From: the human T2T-CHM13v2.0 reference genome, Homo sapiens
Assembly: GCF_009914755.1 (NCBI RefSeq)
Contig: NC_060941.1
Direction: 5' to 3' (one strand)
Length of the DNA stretch: 64,000 bases
The first letter of the stretch is position 1; the number at the start of each line of letters is the position of its first letter. The position numbers and the translations under genes were made by a program. Below are positions 1 through 14,790 of the stretch, piece after piece. The notes beneath the pieces are model-generated. The model was not told where the DNA came from. It saw only the letters and a list, made by a program, of their open reading frames with translations, and did not search any database.

Positions 1-929
1 CTCTCCTCAACTACCCCAGGCTCATTGGAGCCACAGCTCTGCCCCACTCCTGAGACGTCCCGGGCCCTCGCTACATGAGTGACCCAGTGAGGTAGAGGGA
101 TATGAGAAGAGCTAGGAGAAGGGCCTGGAGACGCAACACAGGCGCTCGGGGCGTGTGCAGGTGGGACGACGCAGAGAGGCGGCAAGACGTCAGGAGGTGC
201 CAGAAGGGTGGATGAGAACCCAGGGTTAAGTGCAGCCTTCCAGAACAGCCTTAAAGGTGGATCAGCCATCCCAGTGGTGGCCACAGCTGCTGTCATTCAG
301 TGAGACTGATGGGGATCCAGGCCCGCAAAGCAGTGCTCTATCTGGGCCTCCCGTCAACCTTCTGCCGGAGACCAGGGATTCAAGGATCAGTGGCAAAGGG
401 CTAGATGTTTTTGTTAGTCCCTTTGTTTCATTTGCAGCCACGATGAGCTGACACCGGACCCAGCAATGTGTGGCGGCCTCTGTGGAGAACAGCTGCAGGC
501 TCTATCTTGAGCAAGCCTTTGGCTCCCTGCCTGGGAGGACCCCTCCTAAGGGATGGGGCATTCCACACCTGGACTGAGCACAGTGGAGCCAACCACCGCT
601 CAGTGCCGGGAGGAACCACACTTCCTGGGGACCTGCTATGTGTCTGGCCTCGCTTAAGCTGCATCACATCTGTGAGCCACACACGGCTCCATTTGTACAG
701 GTGACCCTCACTGAGGCCAAAGGTGTCTTTGAGACCCTCTCTCCTAAGCCAGGCTCAGCACACAAGCCAAGAGCTCTGGGCTGTGGTTTACAGTGGACAG
801 CGAGGTTCCCTTCACACTGGATGGTGACAGCTGGCGCCCGCCTGGCAGTTAGTGTGTGCCGGGCACTGATCCAGGGGCTTCCAGTGGGTCATCTCCCCCA
901 ACCCCAACGGGTGGGACTGGTGGTCTTTC

Positions 930-1050
930 GCTTTGCAGAGGAGGACGCTGAAGCACAAGGCAGAAGCGCCTTGCCCAAGGTCAACAACAGCAAGTGGCTG
1001 AGCCGTGACGTGACCAGGAGCCCATCACGTCAGCCCTGGATTGAGGCTGC
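930..1050 (-). mobile_element. MIR SINE fragment
   Basis: Degenerate MIR core in reverse: TTTGCAGAGGAGGACGCTGAAGCAC...CTTGCCCAAGGTCA; boundaries approximate. Confidence 0.6.
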
Positions 1051-2440
1051 CTCGGTGACTCAGGAGGCTTGAGATCCCCTCCTGGCTGTGGGAGCAGAGC
1101 ATCCTGCAGAAGGGGTAGACCCTCACCTGCCAGCGGGGCTGCAGCTAGGCCATGGGGCATCCCTCACCCTTGGTCTGGGGTACAGGTGCACTAACAAGGT
1201 GCACACAAGGAGCCCCGCCTGCCACTGGTTTCCGTTCCAGGATCCGGGTCTGGTGTCATCTGGATGCTCAAGCTGCCAGGACCTGAGGATGTCTGAGCCC
1301 CTGAGTCCTTCCCCAGAACTCTGAGCATCTCAAAAGTAACAGGGCAGGGTGCAAAGCCACGTCTCCACCTGGGGCCGGAGGGCCCTGCCTCCAAAACCTG
1401 CCTCCCACCTTCTTTTGGTTACCACCTTGGCTGCCTGGACCTCCAGTGGAAGGAAAGATACCCTTTTGGATCAAATTTGGACTGGGCAGAGCCGGGGGAG
1501 AAGGGTGTGGCTGAGCTCAGAACAGAGAAGCCCAAACTTGAAGCTCCCTGTGTCTGTGCGTCTGAGATGCTGCAAAGTGACCTCTGCTGCCCACGAGGAC
1601 TCTTGCTTCTCTCCCTGCTCATCCTGGCCTTGCCCTTTAAAATGCAGCATCCTAAGGAAAAGGGGCTCCCCACTCCCTGAAATAAACCTCTGTCTTCTCC
1701 AGCACAATGATACCAGAAGAATTAAGGGTTTCTTTCCAGAAAGGGGGAAAGGACCTCCTTCCTTAATGCAAATTTTATTCTGACTCCCCCTGAGACCCCC
1801 TCCCCAGCCCTATGCCCACCCTGCTCTCTAAGTGGGAGGGCATCCTCACAGGTGCTGGCCACCCCGTCATTATCCAGAGAAAAAAGGGACCCAGACTCAG
1901 GAGGGCTGTCATTGTCCAGCTGGCCTGGGTAGGCCCACCTGCTGCTCGGAGGGATGAAAGCTGTCCCCCTCGGGCCCCAGGCTGTGGGCAGGACCAGCTA
2001 CATAATTTGCAGGGACCATCCCCTCATTAAAAAGTTGTCCAGAATTCCCAGACAGCAACAACAGGGCATGAAACCCAGCCTGGATCCCTTCTGAGTGCAG
2101 CTTCCAGCGCCTCCACCGGTCACGGGTCCGTGAAGCCGGGCCAGGGTGGGACCTGTCATCCATGGTAGGGAAGTCTGCAAGGAGAACGAACCCCTGTCAC
2201 AGCGGCAGGGAACGCGCACCAGGCTAAGCCGCAGAGCCTGAATCTTGGAAATGCTTCCTGGCTGCAAGGACGACCTGTCTCAAGGGGTGGATTTGGGAAT
2301 AAAGAAATACAGCTTTGTCACTTTCACAGCATCAGTGTTTCCAGGAGACGCCTCCCCACAGCCCCGCGGACAGGCAGGATTTCCTTGCCATAGCATCACT
2401 ATTTACATTCAAATAAGTGACTATCCTTTTAAGAAGCGTG

Positions 2441-2815
<375 letters not shown>

Positions 2816-3716
2816 TCAAAATCAACCTAGGGCAGATTTAAGCTTCGGGCCAGGTGAGCTGGCCATAGTGTCTGATTTAGAGCAGCCCAGCTCACACCTC
2901 ACTGACATCTTTTCCTTTACGACATGGTCCAATGGCTGAGATAAACCAGCTGCATCACAGGAGTCACGGCAGGGACCTGTTACCACCCCCGGGAGGCCTC
3001 CAGGACGTCGGGGAACCCTCTGTTTTTCTGGATACCTTTCTCAGGCCACAGCGGTGGGCAGGGGAGGTGTCTCAGCCTTGACAGTTCGATGCCAGCACCG
3101 AAAGCTACAACCACAAACAGAGGCCCTGGGGCTGGGAAGATGGATTTTCCGTCCTGGATCACCGTGAGACGCCGTCACGAATCTGTCCGGCGGCAGATTT
3201 TCAGAATATTCTCGTCTGCGGTCCTGCACACCCCCACCCAGACAGCTTTAGGGTACAGACAGTATCACAGGAGTTTAAAGAGGAGGAAGACTCGGAGCCC
3301 GAACGAGGCTCTGGGCGCCTTGTCGGGGCCCCAGAGTCAGGGCTTTGCAGCTGAGCAGCAATTAGAGCCCAATCTAGTGCTTTGCAAGAAAGAGAAAATA
3401 CAAGCAGTGCTGAGAGCAGTCCTGATCCTGCTGGGCCTCGGGAGGCTCATTATGCACCAGAAAGGAGGCCTGCAGAAACTCCCAGAACCGCCCCCCAAGT
3501 ATGGGAGCGTCCAGCCCTGAGGCGCTCCTGGCCTAGACGAGGCTTCATTGCATCAATTTGCACCACGGTTTCAGAAAAGTGGGAAAGGGTGAAGGTGTCC
3601 CGTCACCCCAGAATGTGGGGACCCACTATGGGATGTGAACTGGCGAGGCCTGGCAGGAGGACACAGCCTGACGATATCTGTCAGCGTTTAACATACGTAC
3701 ACCACATAAACCACGT

Positions 3717-3933
3717 CAGCGGCTCTCCACCGAGAGTAATTTTACCTCCTGGGGAGGGACACGTGGCAATGTCTGGAGACATTGTTGGTCATCGTAACTG
3801 AGGGAGGGGCTTCTGGCATCTGGTGGGTGGAGGCCAGGGGTGCTGCTGAATGCCCTGCAGCGTACAGGGCGGCCTCCACCGTGGGCGACGATGCGGCTCC
3901 CACGTAGCAGCAGCGCTGAGGCTGAGAGAGCGG
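3717..3933 (+). mobile_element. MER20 (hAT-Charlie DNA transposon)
   Basis: GGCAATGTCTGGAGACATT...CTGGCATCTGGTGGGTGGAGGCCAGGGGTGCTGCT matches the MER20 core; ends GCTGAGGCTGAGA. Confidence 0.85.
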
Positions 3934-4071
3934 AATTACCCTGGGAGATGTGAGTGCATAAAATAGTAAGGGCAGGGGCACAGTGGCCATCTACGTGATG
4001 TTTACCGGGGGCCAGTCACGAGTCTGACCACTTTTCACCTGGGGACTCACTTCGCCCACCCAACACACACA

Positions 4072-4515
4072 GTGCACAGCTGAACTGTGTCCCTCTAAGA
4101 TAAGTTGAAGCGCAAACCCCTGGTACCTGTGAACGAGACCTTCTTTGGAAACAGAGCCTTCGCCGATGTAATCAGGTAAAGATGAGGTCATAGGGTGAGC
4201 CCTAACCCACCATGACTGGTGTCCTTGTAGGAAGAGGAAAACACCGTGTGAAGACATGCATGAGAGAAGGACGCATGACGGCAGAGGCAGGGTTGGAGTG
4301 ACGCGGCTACAAGCCCGGGAACCCCTCAGGTGGCTGGCGGCCCCCAGAGGCTAAGAAGCCGTGGGGAGGATTCTACCTGGAGTCTCAGAGGGGGCATGGC
4401 CCTGCTGACCCCTTGGTTTTGGGCTTCTGACCTCCAGAATGTTAAAAAAAAATCTTGTGTTTCCAGCCACCCAGTCCGTGGCAGTTTGTTACAGCGGCCA
4501 CAGGAAATGCGTACC
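4072..4515 (+). mobile_element. MLT1B/C-type MaLR solo LTR (left arm of inverted pair)
   Basis: TGAACTGTGTCCC..., GATGTAATCAGGTAAAGATGAGGTCA, CTGACCTCCAGAATG, AGCCACCCAGT...TTTGTTACAGCGGCCACAGGAAA typical of MLT1. Confidence 0.9.
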
Positions 4516-4524
4516 GTGGGTGAG

Positions 4525-4640
4525 GCTATCCCCGCTTCACAAATGAGGAAACCGAGGCACCGGGAGGCAAAGGTGCGTGCCCGCACACACACAGCTGGTA
4601 AATCAGCAGTTTTGCTTCCGTGCACGGCTCGCGCTTCTGA
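4525..4640 (-). mobile_element. MIR SINE fragment
   Basis: ATCCCCGCTTCACAAATGAGGAAACCGAGGCAC is the reverse MIR core. Confidence 0.7.
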
Positions 4641-5410
4641 TTAGAGTGACAGCATTGCACCAGCTTTCATGAAGGGTTTTCCTGGCGTGACTGCAGGTTC
4701 CATGTGGAGGGCAGGGATGGTTTTTTTTTGCCATCTTTTCAAGACAGTGGTTCAGGGAGGACTTTTCACCATCAGGGGTCATCAAATTTAGCAAAATCCC
4801 ACACGGTGGCCGCACCAGGGCCCAGCAGGCCACGCTCTCCCAGCAGTCACAAAGGAGAAAGCAAAAAAAATCTACCTTTAATTTTGTGGGAAAAGTGCTG
4901 CTGAAACCAAAAGACAATGTCCATTATGAAAACCTGTTTTTAAACTCTGATGTTCTCATCACCTTTTCCTGCTGGCTTCTCAGGCAGATGTAGCCGAGGC
5001 CCCTCCCCGGGGAGCAGCAGACACCACAGACCCTCGGGCGCTCCCGTCTTCAGCAAGCGTGAACGCGCCGCTGGAAAGAATGCTGGCTTTCTCTCCAAGT
5101 GAACGTTGTCCTTAACTGGCTAGTGCAGGACAGTCTAACTCCCGCTCTGGAATCTAGACATCGTTTCCCATCACTCAGGAAAGGTCTGGAGATATCCAGG
5201 TTCACCCACTGCTTGTCTCTACCCACAGATTCTCTCAGGAGTGCTGGAGGGACAGTGGAGCCACTGCTGATTTAACCGGTTTCCAGACACTTCCAACACT
5301 GCCCCTGGGATCAGGATCGGAGCAGGATTCTCGGGGAATGGGGTTTGGAGTGGGGAAAAAGTCTGACAGTGAAACAAATGCACCACGGGGCTCTGGAACT
5401 CCAGAGGGGA

Positions 5411-5816
5411 GCCACAAACTGGGTGGCTCAGAGCAACATGAATTTTTTCCTTCACATTCTGGAGGTCAGGAGCCCCAAACCAAGGGGTCAGCAGGGCCAA
5501 GCTCCTGCTGAGACTCCGGATAGAATTCTTCCTCATGGCTTCTTAGCCTCTGGAGCCACCCGAGGGGCTCCCGGGCTTGTAGCCGAGTCTCTCCAACCCT
5601 GCCTCTGCCGTCACGGGGCCTTTTCCTGTATGTGTCTTCACACGGCGTTTTTGTCTTCCTACAAGGACACTGGTCATGGTGGGTTAGGGCTCACCCTAGT
5701 GACCTCATCTTTACCTGATTACATCCACAAAGGCTGTTTCCAGATAAGGTCACGTTCACAGGTACCAGAGGTTGGCGCTTCAACTTATCTTAGAGAGACA
5801 CAGTTCACCCATAACA
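5411..5816 (-). mobile_element. MLT1B/C-type MaLR solo LTR (right arm of inverted pair)
   Basis: Reverse complement starts TGTTATGGGTGAACTGTGT and aligns to 4080-4482; lacks the last ~30 bp of the LTR. Confidence 0.9.
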
Positions 5817-7074
5817 CCCACCTCACAAGGTGTTGGGGGTGGGTGAAGTGAGTTCACGTGTGACCCGCGAATTAACCACAGATTTTAAGAATGCAGAAGG
5901 CTCAGACACACTAGGAAGATGCGGCTGTAAGCGGGGTGTCCCAAATGCAGCAGCTCCTGCTCTAATGCCCGTTGACTGAGAGGTGGGAGCTGGACTCACC
6001 CCTTTTTGGGGGCACCTGTTGGCCCCGTCACTGCCCTGATCTGGGAGGGTCTCTGCATCAGTCAGGCCACCTCCGAAGCCAAAACCGAAGTCCCCACACT
6101 CTCCTAAGCTGGGCCAGCCCCTCACAAAGCTGCCACAACACCTTGCCACCTGGGGAGCTCCTGGATGTGTCTACAGACAGCCTAGCTAGCATCCCTGTGC
6201 CAAGAGATCCTCCTCCGAACAAAAACGAGACAAAACAGAAAAACACGTCGTCACAACCCTACTTCCAAAGCTAGAGATCCGGGCGTGTTCATTTTTAAAT
6301 TCACAGACGCAGAGCCTCTCCAGTGCTGCCCTGCAGAGCAGTCAGCCACGCTGGTGCTCGCTTCTGGAGCTGCTTCTAGAATGACAGCGGTTCGGCAGGG
6401 GAGATCAATTCCTACAGGAACGATCAAAGGAAAGATAAGAACTTCGGGGCTCCGCGGTCAGGTTCCACTCACAGCCAGCTTCTCGGAAAGGAGCCCTGAG
6501 CGGCGGGAGCCACGCCCCTGCGCACGCTGCTGCTCACGCGCCCCACCAGGTGGTAGAACGGGGCTACTACCACTTTAAAATAGGTCAACTTCAAGCCAAA
6601 TGGGAAGACAAAAAAATAAGAAGAGCCAGTGAGCCCCCCAAAACGACTCCTTCATGATCCAGGGGTACAGTCAACCAATCAGCCAATCAATGAGACCACC
6701 TTGAGAGAGTCTGCAAAATGCAAACGCCTTATTCCCTGTCCTGCGTGTGTGTTCCCAGTGTGCACGTGAGACCCTGCCTTCAGTGCAGAGGGAGAGGGGA
6801 GGGAATGGGAGAGGGGAACCTATTTCTTTTGTTTCACTTTTAAAGGAGACAACACTCCAGTATTCCGCAGCTCATTTCTCCCTTCACCCCGATCCCATGC
6901 CCCGTGTTTGGACGTTCGCTGAGCCTGCTCCGTGACGGGTCTGTAAGTTCCTACATGGGGCGTCCTCTCTATGAGCCCCAGGGCACCTGGCCCAGCAGTT
7001 CACGGTCTGTACCCACTCAGATATCATTGTGGGTCTGACGACCGGCTCCAGATACAGCAGCTTGACACACCAGC

Positions 7075-7207
7075 CCCAGCCTCCCGAGGGAGCGCGGCCC
7101 TGCCTTGATCCTGGACTCTGGCCTCCTGAGCTGTGAGAGCATAAATGCTGCTGTTGAAGCCACACAGTTGTGGTCATCCGTTCTGGTGACCACAGGAACC
7201 GCATACG
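7075..7207 (+). mobile_element. MLT1 LTR 3' fragment
   Basis: GGCCCTGCCTTGATCCTGGACTCTGGCCTCCTGAGCTGTGAGAGCATAAATG...AAGCCACACAGTTGTGG. Confidence 0.75.
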
Positions 7208-7989
7208 GCTCTCTTACAGGTGAGACCTTCCACGTTACCTGCAGAGCAGCCACCTGGGAGTCACACCTGAGAAAGAGCAGAAGCAGGGGACAATCTGTGG
7301 CCCACCACCAGGAGCCCAGGGTGGAGGACCCAGGCAGAGCTGGGCATGCTCAGAGGCTGCTGTCCCCATGGCACCACTCAAGGAGAAAAGGGGTCTCTGG
7401 AGAGAGAAGAAGGGAAGGGGCTCTGCAAGGGAGGCAGGATCCACTTGGCAGCTGCTCAAATTTAGTTTGCACCTCCTTTGCCAGTGCAGAAGAAAACAAA
7501 CGACCTGCGAACTGAATGAAAAATGGTGATTCATTACCCCTGATGTGTGATGATGGCTTAATTATTTTTCTAACTGGGGAGAGACGCTTTCTGACAGCAG
7601 GTGCAAATGAATTCTCCACTGTTTTAAGGAGTGATTGGCCCAGGACAGGCGGAAAACTGGGAAACCTAATTAAATTGGGAGCCCCATGAAATAAATGGAG
7701 CGGGGAGTTTGTTTGCTTGTGCTAACGGGGATTAACGATCCCCTGAGAAGCTGTAGGGCTCCCGCTGGAGTGAGCGCAGGGGGCCCCGCGGGGCGGACAC
7801 AGACAAAGCAGGAGCCACATGGGGTGGTGGGGACCCCACTGCACAGGAAAGGGTGGGCCAGGGCCTGGACGCTGAGCTCTACGACTGGCTATCATCTTTG
7901 GCTCTCGGTCTCCTTGTCTGTGAAACAGGAGGCTGGACGATGGGAGGACCAGGTGAAGGCTCAGTGCCAGGTGATGGGATGGGATTTCA

Positions 7990-8190
7990 GAGCACGGGTT
8001 TGGAGTTGGACAGCCCGGGGTCAGAGCCAGTGCACCCTCTGCCTCTGACCCGGATCCAGCTTGGATCCTCAGTTTTCTCATCTCTACTATGGGGGTGTGA
8101 GCAGTACCTACCCTCCCGGATGTCGTGGGGCTGCCCCGAGGTTGCAGGTCACATTCTCAGCAGGAGCCTGACCCACAGGACGTGCCCGGC
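7990..8190 (+). mobile_element. MIR SINE fragment
   Basis: CCTCAGTTTTCTCATCTCTACTATGGGG...AGTACCTACC core. Confidence 0.6.
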
Positions 8191-8732
8191 AAAGAGAAGG
8201 CTCATCAGGATCGCCATCAGATCATGCTGAAGGTCTTCATCTGCTCTGCTGTGGGAAGGGCTGACCCTCCCACCAGGCACACTAACCCCTGGACCTTTTC
8301 TCATCTCGGAAGGGACACAGTGGCCTTGCTGGGAGAGGACTGCAGCCAGGGGGAAGGAGGAAGACTTGGCTCCCTCCCCCTCGCTGGGGCCCTGAACAGG
8401 CCTCCCTTGGTGCTTGGGGAGGGGCGGTGAAAAGCAAGACCCTCCCCACCACCCTGTATGTCCTCCTGATGGCTGAGAGCCTGCTGGTCGCCCTTTAGCT
8501 TGCCAGACTGTCCTAGAAGGCCCTTGGCTGGCAAGGCCCACACCCCTACCAGGTGGGGCCAGGTCCCGGCAGCAGGGCTGCCCCTGAGGTCAGGGATCTG
8601 TGCAAATTAGAGACGGGCAGCTCCCATGGGGGGTTCAGGCTCCTGTGGATGGGCACCTCTGTCAGGGATATCTGTCACCTACAGGTGGGCAAGCCTGACT
8701 TCCAGACTCCAGAGCTCAGGAATAATCCGTGA

Positions 8733-9320
<588 letters not shown>

Positions 9321-10383
9321 CAGGATGTTCATTTTCTATGGTCCTCTCTTCTCACTCCTTCCCTGCCAAGGGTGATGCCAGTGTCCCGTCCCCACTCTCA
9401 GTTGAACACACAGATTTGGGGGAGCCTGAGGGGGAGAGAACAAGCTGGCGGGAAGCCGCAGGACTGAGGCCCGTGAGGACAGTGGGCGTGGGCAGGGCCA
9501 CAGCGGTGGGAGCCCTCCATGTCCCAGCCCACCAGGGGCCTGGCTAGGCACTGGTTCCTCCCTCCTAAGCCAACTCTTTGAGGTGAGCAAGTCTACACTC
9601 CGGGCATGAGGGATGCAAGGAGTTGGGACCAGAGCACGTGTCAAGGAGTCCCAGCCCGCGGGCACCCCAGGCCACACGGCCCCACTCTGCTGCAAAGCCC
9701 TCTGTGCCCAGGTCACGCAGCTGGCCCAAAGATGGCAGGAGACACAGATGGACGCAGAGGGCCAGCCTGTGAGAAGCCAAGAAGTACTGGGGGTCCAGTC
9801 TCAGCCCCGGCGCCCTCTCCTCTGCCCACATCCAGGCCACCAGCTCCACGGACTCTCCTGTCCCTCCCCTCCCATTACCTAGCTTCTGGCCCTCCTCACC
9901 ACCCCTGTGGGTCCCTCAAATCACTCACTGGGCCCAGTCCTGCTCTCACAGCCTCCCTCCCCCAAGAACCATCCATGGCTCCCTGTGGCCTGGTATGCTC
10001 AGACCTCAGCTGCCTGGGCCATTCACCTGTCCATCTCCAGAGTCCAGCTGCCTTCCTACCCCACACCAAGTTTTAGGCAATTAACTCTTTCCTCTATATG
10101 TGTTTGACCTCCCAGCTAGTCTGTAAAATCCTAGAAGACCAGAATCATGGATGTTCAAAGAAGTAGATAGCCTCAGTCCCCTCCTCAGGACCTGACACCT
10201 AGTCTAGACTCCAGGAAATCAAAGGCCTGCATCGGATCGTCCCACCCACGGCAGGATGCTGGGACTCCCAGACTATGAGGGCCTCCCAAGCAATCACCAC
10301 AGTGAAGCATGTTCCCCAGGTCTCTCCAAAAATAGCCCTTTACGTATTCATCTTACAGCTGATTTTCCCCCAACATTTTATCA

Positions 10384-11071
<688 letters not shown>

Positions 11072-12258
11072 TCATGCCCCTCCCCAGCCATTCCCACCTC
11101 CAGCCCCCAGGGCAACCACTGTCTTCACTGTTTTCCACCACCTCTGAGTTTTCCCTGTCCTAGAACTTTCTGTGCATGGATCTTGGGACTGCACGCCTTC
11201 ACTGCTGGCTCCTTTCATGCTACATCAGGGTTTTGAGGCCCATTCACCTCCCTGCATGTATTGGCCCCTTGCCCCTTTTCATGGCTGTGTAATATTCCTA
11301 ATGCCCCAGGGTTTATTTATCCATCTCTCTGCTGATGAATGTTTGGGCTGTTTCCATTTCTGGGCTCTTGTGAACAGAGCTGTTGGGAACATGCCTGTCT
11401 GTGTTGTTCAGCTACAGCTTATTTTGAGAGATTATTTTCTCATTCTTTATGTTGCTTTAGAAGATGGAAACCAGGCAGAGACAAGCAAACTCTCTTTTTG
11501 CTCGTTCTCCCAGCTGCCGACAACCCTAGGGATGGGGTCGGCTCAGCACTGCTTCAGCCCCAAAATTCTCACCCGTGGCTCCCGCTGGGGGATCTTGACT
11601 CTGCCAGGTCGCTTCTCAGTCTCCACGTCTCAGGACTGGTTGGGTCTCAGAGCTCTTCCTGCAACACCCTCCACTCCGTGTCCAGGCAGGACAGCCACCT
11701 GCTTCTCCCTGGGCTGGCGAGGATGAGGCCTCTCCATTGCCTGGCTGTTGTTTCTCCCGCCAGGAAATCCCTGACTCACTTCTAATTGCCGGGAATTGTG
11801 GAGAGGGAGGCGTGTCCCATCAGGATGGGGACAATTAACAAACGGTGCCCTCCATTTCCTTTCACGCCTGTAAATGTGACGCGGCGCTGAGTGTCATTAT
11901 CTCCCCATGTCCTACCTTCCCAACATGACCACGTCGCATGGAATTGGCTCCAGCAGTTGATAAAATTTGCTTCATAAAATTCTGGGGCTACTACATGTGT
12001 TTGTTTAACTGGCTTGCCCCCGCCATGGGAAAGGGTGACTCCCTACAATGCTGGATGCTTACTGAGCAGCCAGGACCTGGGGGGACAATATTTGGGGGAT
12101 GCAAAGAAATACCCGAAGCTGGCTCCAGACTCCTCTATGCAGCTGAAGTGGATCTGCACGGACTTCCATGCCAGGCTGCTGGGGAGCTATGGTGGAGAGA
12201 GAGGTGAGCTGCAGATCCACCGGTGCTTACCAACGTCCGTGCATGCTTGTGTGTTTTT

Positions 12259-12550
<292 letters not shown>

Positions 12551-13259
12551 TGTTTGCATGTTTTTAGTAAAAGTAACAATAGAAATCTCACAAATGAACA
12601 AATAAATCACTCAACTATTGAATAAAGGTCTGGGAGTATCTGTCCTATTGTTAAAAGAGGCTTCCCCTGGGGGAGGACAGGAAGGAGTGGGGCTTTTCAC
12701 TTTGTATGTGATGTGTTTCCGCATCTTCATTGAAGTGCTGTGAGCTTGTCCTGCCTTCTTTCAAGGTAGTATGTAATTTGGCTGGAGAGCAAGACGGGAA
12801 CATGCAGTAACTCACAATGTGAGACAATAAATGAGGCTCCGCATTTGGCTTCCATTCAAACCAGAAGGAGCGAGTTGTCTGGAGGACAGAGGGTCCCTCA
12901 GGATTGGGGGACAAGGCGTGGGGAGGACTTCTGCAGGATTGCAAAGGAGGAAGGAGAGCTAGGCGGCCGGGAGCAGGAATTCATTCAAGGTGGCTTGGGG
13001 GAAGGTGGGAGTAACACCGAGGCAAGAATGCAAGGCGCCCTCTGAGAGGGCTTGTGAAAAACCCCTGTTCTCAGAGTCCTCTTTGCTAAGACTAGAAACA
13101 ACAGAGAATCGTTCTTTTACTCCTTTGCACTATATAAAGACCTACTATGCAGCCAGCACTGGCCTGGAGTCGGAATGCAAAGATGAAACGCCGGCTTCTC
13201 CTCCAAGGAGCTGTGTCGAGCATGGAACCCAGGTCCCAGCTAGTTTGTTTCCAGCGTGG

Positions 13260-13460
13260 GCTCTGGAGCCCGCCAGCCCCACTTCCGATCCTGCCCTGAC
13301 GCTTGCCAGCTGTGAGACCCCAGGAAGCTGCTTCTGATCTCCAGAGTTCTGTTTGCTGGTCTGTGAAGTGGGGGGAGAAGGAGCACTCGCCTCCTGGGGT
13401 CACTGTGGGGAGGCAGGCTGCGTATCTAGCAGAACACCCGGCCCAGACACACACTCGATG
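13260..13460 (+). mobile_element. MIR SINE fragment (highly diverged)
   Basis: GCTCTGGAGCC...CCAGCTGTGAGACC...TCTGTTTGCTGGTCTGTGAAGTGGGG. Confidence 0.5.
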
Positions 13461-14064
13461 GCTGGGTCTGCAGGGGCTCTTACTAAATGATCTCTCTCAT
13501 CACAGTGAGAAGTGCCCCACCGAGGACAGCTTCTTCACCCAAGCGAGACCAGTGGGAGGGTCGGGCAGCCCCCACGCAGCACTGAGCTATGAGGTCAAAG
13601 ATGAGGAGGTGAGTCCACGGGGCAGAATCAGCCGAAGAACTTAAGCAGAAAAGGCTGGAGCAACCAGCGGGCAATGAGATCTGAGCAGGATGGGGGCCCA
13701 GGGCTCTGTGGCTCACGGCCATCCCAGGAGCCTGGCCAAGTCATTCTGTGGTTTTAAAGACAGCGACCTCCGAACCTGCGGGTTCCCCATCTGCTGCTCA
13801 GGGCTCCCCCAACCACAGATCTAGACATGGTTGCTAAGGGGGTGCTGGATGGAAGGCAGGTCCCTAGGAGACCCTGTTCTGAGAAGCAGAGTCTTAAAAT
13901 GCATTTAGCCGATGAGGCCCACATTGTTTGGCTGAGTTAATGCCAAATTGCATCTGAATAATAATAATAACCAGAATTATAACGCCAGGTAAAGCTGAGC
14001 TGATAACATCATCACCATCATTGTTCTTGCATTAATGGTCTCTCTCACCAAGTAATTATTGTAG

Positions 14065-14790
14065 TATTATTATTCATCGAGGTGAAATTCACATTACACC
14101 AAATTAACCATTTTAAAGTGTATCATTTAGTATCATTTAATCTGTGATGCAACCACTGTCTCTATCAACTTCAAAAACATTCCATCACGCCAACAGAAAG
14201 CCCTCTACCTGGTTAAGCAGCCTCTGCCCATCACCAGCCCCTGCCACCTGGCCCTCAGCCCTCAGCGACCACCAATCTCCTTTCTGACTCTATGGATTTA
14301 CCTACCCTGGGTATTTCATATAAATGGAATCATACAATATGTGGCTAGACACAAAAGGCCACCCCTTCTGCTGAGCACACTGTTTTCAGGGTTTGTCCAC
14401 GTGGCAGTCTGTATCGGAACTGAATTTCTTTCCATGGCTCTGTGGCACTCCCTTGCGTGGCCCTACCACGTTTTGTGTGTCCATTCTCCAGCTGACAGGC
14501 ATTTGGCTTGTTTCCGCCTTTGGGCTCTTGCAAACGGTGCTCCTACAAACGTGTGCACACATGGATTTCTTTGAGCCCCCACTGCAGTCTTTTTGGAGTG
14601 TGTGTCTAGGAGCGAGACGGCCGGGTTGTGTGATAGTTCCATGTCCAACTTTTTGAGGAACTGCCACCCTGTTTTCCAGTGGCTGAACTATTTTACATCC
14701 AACAATGCACAAGGGTTCCAATGTTTCCACATCCTCACCAACACCTGCTATTTTCTGGTTTATTTTCCTTCTGTGGCCTATGAAGTGGCT
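14065..14790 (-). mobile_element. L1MB-type LINE 3' end
   Basis: AAATTAACCATTTTAAAGTGT, TTTCATATAAATGGAATCATACAATATGTGG, TTTTTGAGGAACTGCCA, CACATCCTCACCAACAC. Confidence 0.9.
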
